The notes under the pieces were generated by a model. The model was not told the DNA's origin. It saw only the letters and a list, made by a program, of their open reading frames with translations, and ran no database searches. The translations under genes were made by a program, and so were the position numbers. From Paraspadella gotoi (Eukaryota; Animalia; Chaetognatha), in the NCBI GenBank assembly GCA_051294375.1, contig CM119268.1:8613008-8677007 (forward strand): a stretch of 64,000 nt of DNA, given 5' to 3'. Shown here piece after piece: positions 32,261 to 47,263 of this stretch (the stretch's first letter is position 1; each line of letters begins with the position of its first letter).

Positions 32261-33417
32261 AGAGAGAAGAGAGAGAGAGAAGAGAGAAACGAAATGTAAC
32301 TTTGATCGGTACCCTTTTCTCGTATCATTCGACGCGAGAGCGATTTTTTCACGAAAGAAAAAAAATGTTTTACAATTTTTTTTTTGTCTTTACTTTTCCA
32401 ATTCATCGAGTTTATTGAAGGATTGATATATTGTAACATTTCTAAGGTTAAATCCGTACGAGAAAAAATGTGGGCTTTAAGCCCTCAAATCTAAAGAATT
32501 GACGTATAATTTTTTTAGAGGTAAATCTGCTTGTAACCCTGCGTGTAATATAAGTTTTTACTGACATACATACTACATAGGTTAGAAAGGAACAAAGAAA
32601 TGAACTTAATCAACCAATTTTTTTAGAATAAAAACATGAAAAAAAAATTTAATAAATAAGCGATCTTACCCCACTTGACTACTGAAGTGGTGGCTTTAAG
32701 GCCTTCATCCCTCTCGATGTCAGCAAGTCCCTCCCAAGCTTTCAATTAAGACTCTCACACTCTCACTGTCTAGTTTAATAGCTCCCTGCAGTGCCTGGCT
32801 TACGTTCAATGAACTATTTAATTTTAATTAAAGGACGATCCCGTAAGTATTAGATCGGAAAATACTATAGTGCACTCACTGTACTCTGCCACGAACATTA
32901 AAATACAAGGAGCTGACTTTTATTGAAAACTGATATAGCTATAATATTATAATAATTACTCCTTCCGATTTTGGCTTCATTTTGTAATCTTTGTTCCATT
33001 TTTCCGCCTCGAAATCCCGAACGAATCTTCCTTTCGCCGATCGCGCCTGAGTCTCAGAATTTGGTGGGCGAGGGTTGTGGTGGCGGAGGGGGGGGTGGAA
33101 GAAAGGGGTGGAGTTTTTGTTCGGGGTGGCGTTAGGAAGGATGGCGCTGATGGCAACGTAATTTGCGGCGGGTTGCGTAATCGGAAGGGCGGGGAAAGGA
33201 GTTTCCTCTCTGAGGTGGGCGGTTGAAGGAGTGCCGTCTCCAACGAATTCCTTTCGTTTTATATTTGGTTTTTCGCCGAAATGAATTTTGAGTGAGAGAA
33301 TAGTATATATATTTGATTAAGAGTCAAATTCGTTGGCAACGACGAGTTTTTAATATTTCAAGGATGCAATCGTTGAAGGGAAATTGCTTCAAACATCCGA
33401 TATAAATAAATGAGAAA

Positions 33418-33481
<64 letters not shown>

Positions 33482-34259
33482 ACCGTTCAGGTCACCTAAT
33501 TTTCTTCGCTGTCCTGGTTCTTAGTCTTTTTGTCAAAACTCTTTAACATTCGTAGATCAATCAGGAGCCAGCATATCCGGGTTTTCGGTTCACTCTGCCA
33601 ATCAGGTTGGATAATCGATCATTTTTTAACAAAAAATAAAAGAGGAGACTATATTCTTTGTTAAATCAACAAAGTATTTTCAAAAACTGTTACGAGTTTG
33701 ATTGTGAGATGACGAACTTTTCGTGTTCAAGTTGTATCGTTTCTATTTTGGGGCCTAATAATTATGGAGTTTCACCAGATTAAGGTTTCGAGTTGGAAAC
33801 AATCACTCGGTTAGAATCACCCTCTTCGCGGTGATTGTCCCCACCCCCGGGGGCACCCGCCACCGCCGCCACCTTCCCACCTTTCCCCTCACCCCCTAGC
33901 CGAGGTGTGGTCGACGCAAGGAAACAGCTGCTTCTTCCATTTGCTACGACCGCGGGCGATGAGTCTTCGATTTGCTTTTTTTTTTTTTTTTTTGCTTTTT
34001 TTTTTCCTGGGCGAAATTCCAGATTGTGTATCGAGTTCTTGTTCGTATTTTTTTTCTTTGTTTTTGGCAAAACACAAAAAAACCAAAAAAAAAAAAAATA
34101 AGGAATTTTGTCCAGTTTTTTCGATTTTCCAGCGAAGAGAAAAAAAAGAAAATCGAAAGAGAGATAATTTTATAAATAAAGTTTTGGAAATGTTTTTTTT
34201 ATTGTCTAATTAGGTAAATACCAATTACAGTAAAGTTATTCAGGCAAACCGATCCAAAA

Positions 34260-34323
<64 letters not shown>

Positions 34324-36917
34324 AAATAAATAAATAAATAATAAATAATAATAAAATGAAAAAAAATAAATGTTGTAAAATCTGAAGCCTATTGGTTGTG
34401 AAATGAGAATTGGCACAAACGTCTCAACCTAAAAAGACACTTATTCGAATTTGGAAGCAGCTGGTCCACTTCTAGGTCACAACAGTTTTTGCCGACGTCG
34501 AGACGACGACGACGACGACGACGATGTTGACGACTACAGACTACAGTACAGTACTACGACTACAGTACAGTCTACAAGCTTGGCACAGTTAACCGAAAAA
34601 AATTCTATTTCGAGGCTTCTTGATGCAATTTGACGAAATTTGATTCCGTTTTAGATAAGATTTAAAATTTTTTAAAAATTATAAAAAGCTGGTCATTTCC
34701 TTTCAGCTCTGGTCAAGAAATGCCTTTTTCTGCCGGATTAACTTTATCTTCAAATCATTCTAATATTCAAGAATTCATCCCGGCCTTTTCGTCGGGGCGG
34801 CTACAACAACAACAACGACGACGAAAGGAGAATTAAGCAGCGATCTCAGCCTCAGGTTAACGTCGCTCTTTGATTGGCAGCGACAATTATAAAGCTGAAG
34901 TTAACGATCGAATGAAAACTACGAAGTAGATTAAAGGGACTCTCTCTCTCTCTCTCTCTTATCTCTCTCTCGCTCTCTCTCTCTCCCCCTCTCTCTAACG
35001 TGACCCCCACCCTTCCCATTCCAAGAATCGTTTCCAACCCGAATCAGTCATAGTTTCCCTACAGCAGCTATTTAAAGCCGTGACCCTTGACCTTACCCAC
35101 TCTAAACTTTTTTTCCTTTGGTCCAATTGTTTCTTTTTAAACCGATTCTCTCTTCTCTTCACCGTCATTATAATTTTCAGCATTCATTGTCATCAATCAT
35201 TGTTATAATCATTGTCATCATCACTGTTATCATCATTTGTCATTCATCATTTTTCATTCATCACTGTTATCTTCATTTTCATTATCATTACATTATCATT
35301 GTATCAACATTGTCATCATCATTGTCATCATCATTGTCATCACATTTTCATTATCATGTGGTATCATCATTTGTCATTATTCATTTTCATTATCGTGTAT
35401 CATCATTTTCATTATCGTCATCTTTATTTCATCGTTTTCAAAAATTGATAATCCACCATCAAAAATATCATCTAAATGAAATGGCGAAATTTAATATAAC
35501 ATTATTCAATCATTAATAAGTTAAGTTAAAAATGTCTCAAAGAACAACTACTGCAATATTACTATATATACTATATTAACAAAATAATATAATAAATCTT
35601 TGCGCCAACAAATTGCCATTACCTAAAAATAGTAAAGAAAATTAGATAATTTTTCGGACCCAAAGTCTTATTTCCGAAAAAAATAATTGCTAGTCCATAT
35701 TTAGGACAAAGGGTTTCTCTCTCTCTCTCTTCTCTCTCTCTCTCTTCTCTCCTCTCTCTCTCCTCTCTCTCCTCTCCTCTCTCTCTTTCTCCCTCTCTTC
35801 TCTCCTCTCCATCTTCTCTCTCTTCTCTCTCCTTTCTCCACTCTTAAGTGATAGTTACAAAGTTTTATCCAGTTTCCGGGGTGCAAATCAATTTCCGATA
35901 TTTTGTTTTAAGAAACTCGTTCAATATACAGCAAAGTTGTTTTTTGTTTTAAACATCGTTTTTCTCGTTCGGAAATGCCCACGTCTTTTGAACAAACTGT
36001 CAACTTTTTTCAACGCTGACGTACAGGACTCACCAACCGCAGCCTTACATTCTGAAATCGTTTCGCTCTCGTCTCGCTACATTTTCGATTACATTAATGT
36101 GATTAAAATTTCCTTCCAGCTTTGCTTGATTCATTTTCGCTCCCTATAATGAAATTAGATTATTCAACATGTGACTGTTTCCTTTTTTTTAAAAACACTC
36201 CCGCCCACCTTACGCGTCTCGCCCTTCCTCCTCACTCCTCTCCCTCGTCCTCCTCCCAAAATAACCTTATTTCGAATTCTGATATTTTTTTCCCTTTTTT
36301 ATGTTATGTTAATTGTTATGTTTAAATCAAGAACCATTTTTTTTGGGGGCTAAGAAGGAATTTTGTTACTGAAGGCTACCCCTGGGCGAGACGATGGTTT
36401 GTCGAGAGGAGATGCTTTGAAAGGTAAGGGCGAGGTGAGGTTTGCGAAGCTGCGGCAGCCTCCGCCGCCGCCTCCGCCGCGGCAGGAAAGCCCGCCTTTA
36501 AATATTGGGACGTGGGGTGAGAAATTTTCAGTTGGCGAAATACAAACCTTTGTCTCTCTTTCCGTTCAGAAGGAGAGATAAAGAAAACGAATGGATTTTG
36601 TATGGGACTTTCTTAAATTAAATAATTAATTAATCAATAATCAACTCATGAAAATACTCAAAAAAAACTAACAAAACTCCCTCCGACATCGTACTTGATA
36701 TAAACCCTTAAACGGAAGATAATAAAAAAAAATTAATAAAAAATATAAAATTCTGATTAAAAAAACAAGTTGAAAACCCAAAAGGGAGGCGCTCTGGCGT
36801 GGAGCGCCGCCAAACGTGATTCTAGGATAAATTTTAAAAAAATTGACTTTCGTCGGCGAAAGTTTAAAGGATAAAAACTAAGTCACAAAAACTATGAAAA
36901 TTAGACAAAAAGCGATC

Positions 36918-37775
36918 ATGCATAAATCGGTACTAACCCTGGCCGCTCTTCTTTCGCTGGGTAAGTAAATTTTTTTTTTATTCGTTTTGTATTGAAAATT
37001 TTGTTACGCACGTAGAACCTAAGGAGGTACAATGACTGAAAATTATTAAGCAGTATTTAATGACTAGTAAATGTAAATAACCAAAGTCGCTCTATTCTTC
37101 TTCCATTCGAACATCTAATCGTCAGTTCAGTTGGTAACATTCCGCAATCTCATCTGGTATCAGATTCAGTATTATTTTGACTGTAACTACATCTATTTGC
37201 CTGGGCAAAGTTTCACTAGCAATAGCGGCTATAGTCTATGCTTTTGTGAATGACAAGGTAAGGGGATGGAGATTAGACTAAGTCGAAAGTCTTTTGTTTA
37301 AAACAAGTGAATAAGTTGCTAAAGCGATTTCAATTCTACGGTGACCCAACACGGGATTTACGGGGAAAAAAAGCGAATTACTAATTCCAGAAAAAAAAAC
37401 AAAAGACTTTTAGAAATTGTTATTTGTTTCTACTACTTTTAAAAATGAGACGAACTAAAAAAGTTTAAAAAAGGAAAGACAAAAGAGATTGAAAAATGAG
37501 TGAACATAAAGAAGCGGTGAGAAAAACGGGTTCATTTAAACTGTGAAGGAAGATTATCAGATAAATCTACAAAGAGGAGAGAGAAAGGAAAAGGCGAAGA
37601 CATGAAAATGAATCTAATTAAAGATTTAAGTCAATTAAAATAATAACTAGCAATCATAATTAGAACGTAATGGTATTAAAAATGATAATTAAATAAAATT
37701 GAAAAAGAAAAGAAAAACATTAACGAATATAAGTAAAGAGGTAGAAAAAACAAGAGGGCTCTTTCTTTCTTTCTT

Positions 37776-37806
<31 letters not shown>

Positions 37807-38644
37807 CTCTCTCTCTCTCTCATCTCTCATCTCTCATCTCTCTCTCCTCTCTCTCTCTGTCGTAGTAAGTTTCTTGGGTTCCGTTCAAAACAGTTCCCGG
37901 GCGCGAGGGAATAAGAATTTATTTATTAGCCGCCATTGCAAAAAAAACAAAGGATAAAAAAAAAAAGAACTCGAGTTGAAAGCATTTTTTTCTCCCGCGT
38001 TAGTGGGTGGTACATCTCGATAGAAAAAAAACGTTTGATTTAATATTATTTAATATTATTTCAAAGAAATTCCTGGCCGCATTTCCGAAATCAAATATTA
38101 ACCGTTTTCTAACTGTTGAAGCAGCCGCGTGACCGGTTAACATTACCTTTGGTTTTCTGTTGACACTCATCCCCGTTTTTAATTAAAATTCTTAACAATC
38201 TTTTTTTCTTTTTATGTTAACGTGATGGTGATATATTCTCACGCGCTTTTTTTTAATTTTTTTTTTTGTTTTCCCCTCGAACAGTTTTATTGCCGTTATT
38301 AATTTTTTTTTCCTTAATATTTTCCGGTTGGGAGATCGCAAAGCTAAAATTGGGTTTACGACAAGAAAATAAAAAAAAATAAACTGACCTATATTGCCAG
38401 TCACTAACCAATCACCACCATGTGTATCAAAACTTTTTGATTGTTTTGGTTTTACGTTAAGAGTTTTAAAGATATGATATTAAACAGTAGCTTACTCGAT
38501 TTACCGGTGGCTCATTCCAACAATGAAATTCTTCATAACCTTGACTCGACGGTTCCATCTCGACTTGATACAATCTTCCCGGTAACTTTTTTTGTCGATT
38601 CCGTTGAATTTTGTATAAATTCGCGAATAAATCTTGTTCCAAAT

Positions 38645-38690
<46 letters not shown>

Positions 38691-39819
38691 CTCTCTCTCT
38701 CTCTCATCTCTCTCTCCTCTCTCTCGATCGCTAAACATTTTTGGATCGCTTAAAGATTTTTTTTTTTGCTCCCTTTATTTTCCTTTTCCTGCCTTTTTTC
38801 ATCCCAAAAGTCTGAGTATTTTGTTTTCTCAAGACTAAGTGCGAAAAGCCGACTGGTTCACCTTTTCGGTGCCAGGGACTCTAGTGGGGAGTAGGAAAGG
38901 GGGGAGGTGGTGACGAGCCCGCGCTTTATCTTCCGTACTTTCTCCCCCTCCGCTCCATCACTCCTTCACGCTCTCATTTTTCTTTCATTTTTCTTGATCT
39001 GTAACCTCTCCTAAGCAAAGACAAAGCGCTTTAACTTGTTCCGTTGGTCAGTTTTTTTAGTTCTTTTTCTTAATTCATTTCCTTCCTTCGGCCAAGTATT
39101 TCCGTCTGTCAGTAGCGGGGATAGCTCATGTTGCGCGCTACATATTTGCTTGTTTCTTAGTTTTACCCTTTTTTTCTCAAGTTCGTTAAATGGAATTTTT
39201 NNNNNNNNNNNNNNNNNNNNNNNNNNNNNNNNNNNNNNNNNNNNNNNNNNNNNNNNNNNNNNNNNNNNNNNNNNNNNNNNNNNNNNNNNNNNNNNNNNNN
39301 NNNNNNNNNNNNNNNNNNNNNNNNNNNNNNNNNNNNNNNNNNNNNNNNNNNNNNNNNNNNNNNNNNNNNNNNNNNNNNNNNNNNNNNNNNNNNNNNNNNN
39401 NNNNNNNAAAAATCTTTCCCAGGCTTTCGATTAAGACGTTCCCAATTGTTACTGGCTCACAATGTCTGTAGACTCGGATCNNNNNNNNNNTTGTGCTGCG
39501 GTTTAATTGGGTTGAACCATGACTTTGCCTATATCACAGAAATCTTTTCTGATCTTTTCTCTCGGTCAGTTCGTCTTCTTAAAAAGGTAGTTTGGCTTAA
39601 TCGTAAATTGAGGACTGATAACTGTTGTTTCTACTATTAAGTAAACCTATAAAAAATATTTTAAATCGATAAAATCATACCCTTAAAAATTTATAAAGGT
39701 CGAGATGTTTTTATGTCGGGTAAAAAGCGTCCAAAATAAAATCAGCTTGACCCCAGAATATTGAACAAAGAGATCGAGAAAAAGAGGAGGAGGAAGGAGA
39801 GGGAGAGACAGAGAGGAGA

Positions 39820-39881
<62 letters not shown>

Positions 39882-39885
39882 AGAA

Positions 39886-39917
<32 letters not shown>

Positions 39918-40765
39918 ATGAGAGAGAGAGAGAGAGAGAGACAGTAAAAGAGAAGAAAGAGGAATGGAGAGATGAAGAAGAGAGGCGAATAGGTTATATA
40001 AGAAGAGAATCGAAATGCCAAACATTCTGAAAAAATCAGAGAAAAGTTTTTTTTTTATCAGGAAAAGAATAAGTTGTAAAAAAGACGATATGATAGGCAA
40101 TAAAAAAGGGAAAAGATAAATAAATAATAAAAGAGCGAAAGACTGTGGAATATTATGAGATTTTTAGGACCGTCTATATTATATAAATACCATAAAAAAA
40201 GAAAGGTTGTCAAGTATAAATAACAATAATGACTGGGCTATCAATTTGATGACAAAAAGATACGGTGATATCCTGAAATGGATAAAATTATTACATCGTA
40301 TTAGAGCGGAAAAAAGAGAGTCGGCGATTCTAATAAATGGACGAGAAGATTGGACATAAAATTTCCCAAAAATAGAAGCTATGAGAAAAAAATATGAAAT
40401 GATAGACGATTTAAATAATGATGTGATGAGCAAAAAAAAAAGTGAATAAATGAAGTGTTGTCGTTATTATTTTAATATTGATCGGTCCCGAGGTCGACGT
40501 TGCTGCCATCTATCGACGTTTTTCTCGTCGTCGTCGTTAGCGTCGTTATCTTCGCCTTCGTCGCTTTTAGCGTCATCGTCGTCTCTTCTCTCGACAATGT
40601 CATTGTCGTCCTCATCAGTGATTATCATCATCATCATCATCATCATGATCATCATCATGATCATCAACATCATCATCATCATCATCGTCATCAGCATCAT
40701 CATCATCATCAGTCCTCCTCACGATCATAATTTTGTCTACTCACGCGAAAAAGCGGTATTTTGCA

Positions 40766-40810
<45 letters not shown>

Positions 40811-40819
40811 CTCCTCTCT

Positions 40820-40851
<32 letters not shown>

Positions 40852-41154
40852 CAATATAAACGTCATTGTGAAACTCGTTACCGGCCTCGTCGTCGTCGTC
40901 GTCGTCGTCGTCGTCTTTCCCGTTTTTCTCCATGTTCTTTCATTCTTTCTCCTTCCCGTCTCTCCTCGACACGGAGAATTCTTTTCATTCAATGATTCAT
41001 CCATGGTTTTAAGCCTGGACCTGGAATTTCTGAGCCAATAAAGTCTATTTGCATTTCGGGGGACTTTTTTTCCCTTTTTTTTTCCTTTAGTTTTACCTTT
41101 TTTCAAGTTTGTTACTTTTTGGTTATTTCTTTCGCTCTTTCTTTATTTTTTTCC

Positions 41155-41216
<62 letters not shown>

Positions 41217-44200
41217 CTCTTTCTTTCTCTCTTATTCATTTTTTTTTCATTCTTTCTTTCTTTTTTCTTTCTTTCCTTTTTTCATACTTTTTCTTTTTTT
41301 TTCAGTCGGTTTCTTTAGTTTTTTCTCGACCTTCTTCACGCCTTCTTTTCAAAAGATTTCTTTGTTTCTCGACTTTAAAAAAAAAAAGCGGAAGATTAAG
41401 GTGGAAAATTATTGGCGAAAATGTGAGAAAACTTACGAGGTTGTCGATCCTAAACGGCGCATCACGGTGCCGGTTTGCAGTGCCATTTCGCGGAGCCGGT
41501 TCGCCGTGCCACACTTTTCCCGCCAAATTACATTCCTCTCTTCTTATCATATTAAATTAATAACGCGGCATGGCATGGCAAGGAACAGGGAGCAGGACAA
41601 AGAAGTAATCCGCTATTCGGTTTTCAGAGGGGCACGCTTAACAACCTCCGGTGAATCGAGAGCACCCGAGGTTTTAAGCTCTCCCACTTTTTTTTTATCT
41701 CATTTCAATCGAAAGCCACCTGGACGCCACCTTCTCTACTCTTCCCCCCCTGCAACCCAAACCACCCACGGGCGGGCTAACCCAAACCCCATCTCTTCCG
41801 AACCGCTGCATACTACCTACTCCGCGGAAAGACTCAGCGGAAATTCGATCGGGTCCCGAAATGTTTGTATTTCCATCTCCGCAAACTTATTTAACCCGAA
41901 GCACAAAAAAGAAAAAAAAAAGAAAGAATCAAAAGAGGTTTTTGCGCTTTACATTCGTATCCTCCTTTTTTCTTTCATCGCGTGGGGTGATTTTCTTTTA
42001 GAGGGGGGGTCTATAGGGGGATTGGGATTGTAATTCTATTGGCTTGTTATAATTTTATTATAAGAATTTAACACGAATTGTTTGGATATGCTTGTGTAAT
42101 GGAATGGAATGGAATGTGTAATGGAAATCTCAACATGCTGTGTTTCACTAGAGCAGTTTGAGGTTTAAGTTTTGATGCTAATAACCGTTAAATGCTCTAT
42201 ACATGAATTATCTTCCCTATTTACCCGGATTTTTAATGAGACATAATCTCTCAAAGGCAGTCATCTTTTGTTTTTTTTCCTTCGGAGATACTACGGAGCT
42301 CGCGACATCTAAAAGGAAAATGTTTAAAAAAAAGTGTAACTAATACTTGGGCAAGCATTCTATAATCTTTTAACAATACCTTGTCCCATAAACATTTTAA
42401 ATATAATGTAAAAAATATAGTTCCAAGCTGGCGATAAAATTGATTTAATCCCGTTTAAGTTTTGCTCTTCAAAAATAAACGCTGCATATCTCTATGGATT
42501 TGGTTAAAAAATCTTAGCAAAAAGAAAGTATGTAAACTGACCTTTACTTTTCCAAAGAGTTGGCAGGCAGTCCTTTCGTATATCCAAAAAAAAAAGTAAT
42601 TCTTTCAAATTTGCACAAGTGCTAAGAATTTTTGGGTTTATATCGATTTTTTTATTTTTTTATTTTTTTCCTACTTAAAAAGAAAAAAGGGGAGGGGGGA
42701 TTAAATGGAATTTTTTCCGCCTTCCATTCCTCCGCTGTGCAAATTTGCTTTTGAAAAGTTTTCAAGGATCGGATATTTGGCCTACGAGTTTACTTATTTT
42801 TTTAAAAAAGGGTTTTTTTTTTCCTCTCTCAGTCAAAAGTCAAATTAATTTCTTTGGCTCGAAAGGAAAAATCAATATTTTTTTTTCATTTGGCTCCTCA
42901 GGTTGGCCTCCGCCCGCGAGAAGCGACATGGGCATGGGCTCCACAATCAATTCCCCAGTACAACCAAGCTCAACCCCCTCAACCGGTAAGCAAATTAAAG
43001 ATTGGTGGGTCCAGAGAAGAGCGGGAGTTTAACCTGGAGGTCACTCTATACAAGCTTTCTCAGTGCTTCCCCGGGCAATCGTTTTTAGTTGCGAAGCGAG
43101 TACTCGCATACCCGACCGTCTATCAGTTCATCCTACATATATTTTTAAAGTTTTTATCTATAGTGATATGTTATCATTTTAGTTAATTATTGATAGAAAG
43201 ATGCTTATTGTTCATTCGATTACAGCAATTCTTATTTGCGTAGTTATATTGACATTAAATTAAAATTAAACGCAATGGAACACTTAAAAACAGCCGTTTC
43301 TGGTTTTAAAATATTGGCCCTTCACTGAACAGTGATAAGTATTCAATGCATTGACGTTTTCTTACAGCCCCAACAGACTCCGAAGGGAATTGGGAATGTC
43401 CAACTGAAGTCATCTTGATCAACCTTCCTCATCCGACGGACTGCGAGTAAGAAATTCTGAGAAATTAAGCAATCAATCAATCAATCATCCATGTCAGTAT
43501 CAATCAATCAGCCATCTTATACATAAAAAAAATAATGACTAAATCAATTTATCTATCATTGAATCCTCTATTGATGACAAAAAACAAAAAAAATCACGTC
43601 GATCGCTTAAAATCGTCAACCCTCAACTCAAGGCGGTTCATCGAGTGCCGGTCCGGCGTCGGCACCCTCCAACGCTGCCCGCCCGGCAAACACTTCGACC
43701 GGGTGATGACGATCTGCGAGTGGCGAGTCCTGGTCAGTTGCGAGGCGACCGTCGCCCAGCCCGACAACGCCCCTGCGGACCCGAACTCCTCCTCCTCTTC
43801 ATCCTCCTCCTCCGACGTGACGTTCCTGTGCGACAAGGACGGGTTGTTCCCGACGGAGGGAGACTGCAAAAAGTATTACTCGTGCCGGGACGGCGACGTC
43901 GAGGAGAGGCAATGCGATGAAGGTCAGGAAGTTTGGTAGGGTAAGGTGGTAGCGGGGGGGGTAGGGGGCAGACTGAGAGAACATGATGCAGATTGGACCT
44001 CGGGGGGCGTAATTTACTGTTCCCCATTATATCGTTTAGTTCGTGAAAGTTACCTTTCAAATGAATCTTTTTTTGAGTTTTCTTTGCAGTAATAAGTTAT
44101 AAACACGAACACAAAAAGATACGGAAAGTAAGAATAACCGTTTTAATTGAACGATTGAGTACGTGGTCCAAAAAAGAAGTAAAAATTAAAAATGGCGGGT

Positions 44201-44531
44201 GTGAGGTGCGTAAAGTTGAAGATGTCTTCGTGGTGAAAAGCTGCGCTCTCTGGCGATCGATAACTCTGCTTAACGTAAGCCTAAACGTGCGTACATATTA
44301 GGATTGTTCGACGTGAGAAATACTTTTGTGACGAAGACTTGTGTAATGTGTAATGTGTATGTATATCGAAAAGAGCGGTAAATTCAAACCTCGTCACTAA
44401 GCAACCTAACTCCCTTTCCTTTCCAGGATCTCTTTTCAACGCGAGAATCGGAGCCTGTGATCAGTCGCTCACGTCTTGTGATCGGCCTCTCACGCCGAGA
44501 CTCGCTCGTGCTCACGGGAGGTGAGAGAGAG

Positions 44532-44619
<88 letters not shown>

Positions 44620-47086
44620 CAGGCCTGGAGTAAGTCGAAAATAAGTCAAAATATAAACAATATTGAAATATATCCGTACTTTAAATCTTTATTTTTTTTT
44701 CAACCAGGAATCGCTTCCATGACCGCTTCCGCCTCTGGTTCGGCCGGTACGACTGAGTGCTGACTGACTGACTGAACTACGTACATTGTGAAAAATCAAA
44801 AATGAGTTTTAATTTTGGTTTTGTTTCTCTGGTTGATTTGATTTTATCGTGCAAGAGATTTTAAAAAAATTTCTAGTTATGACAAAATTCGATAAAATAC
44901 ATTGCCCGTTTCTTTAATATTTCTTTTCAGCTTCGGGTGGTTCGTGCCCAGAGGCTGATCACGGCAAGTTCCGACCTCACCCGACCAATTGCCGGTTCTA
45001 CTACCAGTGCGACAACGGAAGACTCGTCAGAAAGGAATGCCCCAAGGATCTCTACTGGAATCAGCCACGCATGCAGTAAACAATAGATAGTAAAAAATAA
45101 TAAATATTAATTCCAACTAGGGATAAATTTAAATTTGCATTACTTTCATTTTATATTATATAACATTTGATAATTGTTCATATTGTGATTCCGATTGACA
45201 GATGCGACTACAGTTGCGACCGAGGGGCAGGCTCCGTTGCCATGGCCGGGAGCATTGGGGGAGACATGTCGAGTGGCGTGGGAGGAGCGACGAGCGGCAT
45301 GGGAGGAGGAGGAATGTCGAGCGGCATGGGAGGAGGAGGAGGAATGTCGAGCGGCATGGGTGGAGGAATGTCGGGTGGAATGGGCGGCAGCCACGGTGGC
45401 ATGGGGGGTAGCATGGGTGGTAGCATGGGAGGAGGAATGTCGAGCGGCACGTCAGGCGTCTTCGGTAACAACATGGGCTCTTCCGACAGCGCTTCAGGTA
45501 ATTTTATGATGTTGCTCTCACTAGAGCCTCATCGATGAGTCATCAATGAGTCATCATGCTCAAGGCTCATAGCTACTCTCGCACTCAACAATTTAGGCTT
45601 CAATAAAAATAAAATATAAAAAAAGTTTCATTTTAAATTTTTATTTGAGGATTCGGCGGCGAAGTCATCGGCACTTCGAGCGGATCATCCGGAATGTCCG
45701 ACGGATCTTCCTTCATGTCTGGAGGCTCCGGAATGTCCGATGGATCTGGCATGTCTACCGGATCTGGGGCAACAAATGGATTCGGTATGTCGGGTGGTTT
45801 TGAGAGCATCAAAGATAGATATGCCACGATGGGCATTAGGCAGTTATGGGCTTTAGATTGGAGCAGTTGTATACATAAGCTCAAAAATTTTACTGAAGAT
45901 GTCAATTATTGTATTTTTTCACCTAATATATTTAGGAAAAAAATTTAGTTATTATTTGCTTTGTATAAGAAAGCATAAATAAAGTATTATTATTTATTAT
46001 ATGTTTTTATTTTTTTTAATTTAGTTATTATTTGCTTTGGATAAGAAAGCATCAATAAAGTATTATTATTTATTATATGTTTTAATTTTTTTAAATTTAG
46101 CTATTATTTGCTTTGCATAATAAAGCATCAATAAAGTCTTATTATTTATTATATGTTTTCTTTTTTTTTTAAATTGAGTTATTATTTGCTTTGTATAAGA
46201 AAGCATCAAATAAGTATTATTGTTTATTTATTATATCTTTTCATCACTTCTCCTCATCGGGCATGCCAGGGAGCTCTGGCGCTTCAACTGGATTTGATAT
46301 CTGGGGAGGATCTGGAATGTCAAGTGGATCAGGCATGTCCAGTGGTTCAGGCATGTCCAGTGGTTCAGGAATGTCCAGCGGGACAGGCATGTCTAATGGA
46401 TTTGGCATGTCTGCTGGTTCAGGCATGTCAAGTGGATCTGGAATATCTGGTGGGGCAGGCATGTCTAATGAATTTGGCATGTCAGGAGGATCCGGCATGT
46501 CAAGTGGAACTGGACTATCCTCTGGGACTGACATGTCAAATGGTTTTGGTATGTCGGGAGGTTCTGGCATGTCAAGTGGATCTGGAATGACCAGTGGGTC
46601 CGGCACTTCGAATGGATTTGGTATGTCGGGAGGTTCTGGCATGTCAAGTGGATCTGGAATGACCAGTGGGTCTGGCACTTCGAATGGATTCGGAATGTCA
46701 GGAGGTTCTGGCATGTCAAGTGGATCTGGAATGACCAGTGGCTCCGGCACTTCGAATGGATTCGGAATGTCAGGAAGTTCTGGCATGTCTAGTGGGTCTG
46801 GATCGGGTACGACGAATGGATTTGGCATGTCTAGCGGGTCCAACATGTTCGGGACATCCGATGGATCTGGGATGTCCGGTGGTTCTGGCATGTCAGGAGG
46901 ATCGACGGGCGGATTTGGAGGGTCAAACTCGGGTAATGACAATGATACACGGCACAGCCTTTGCATGCGAGGTTATCACAATGCTTCTCTTCAAGACGCA
47001 TCAGAGATATATTCACTTTGATTTGCAACACCGTCACCGTGCTCTTCACATTTAATACTCTCCCACGCTCTCTACCTTACTTTTTA

Positions 47087-47150
<64 letters not shown>

Positions 47151-47192
47151 TTTAGTCTATGTCTCTCTCTTTTTCTCGCTCACACTTCGTCT

Positions 47193-47263
<71 letters not shown>

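Noticed and set aside
41119-42033. 304-aa ORF in intron 1 of the chitin-binding gene
   Set aside because: Starts in a (CTTT)n tract, has no ATG-initiated recognisable domain, and lacks splice support.
44623-44629. 7-bp micro-exon (cag|GCCTGGA|gtaagt) to fix the phase between 44520 and 44708
   Set aside because: It yields phase 0 and a stop in the next exon. The junction remains unresolved (possible sequence error near the GA tract).
46244-46966. 240-aa Pro/Asp-rich minus-strand ORF
   Set aside because: Antisense shadow of the Gly/Ser/Met exon.
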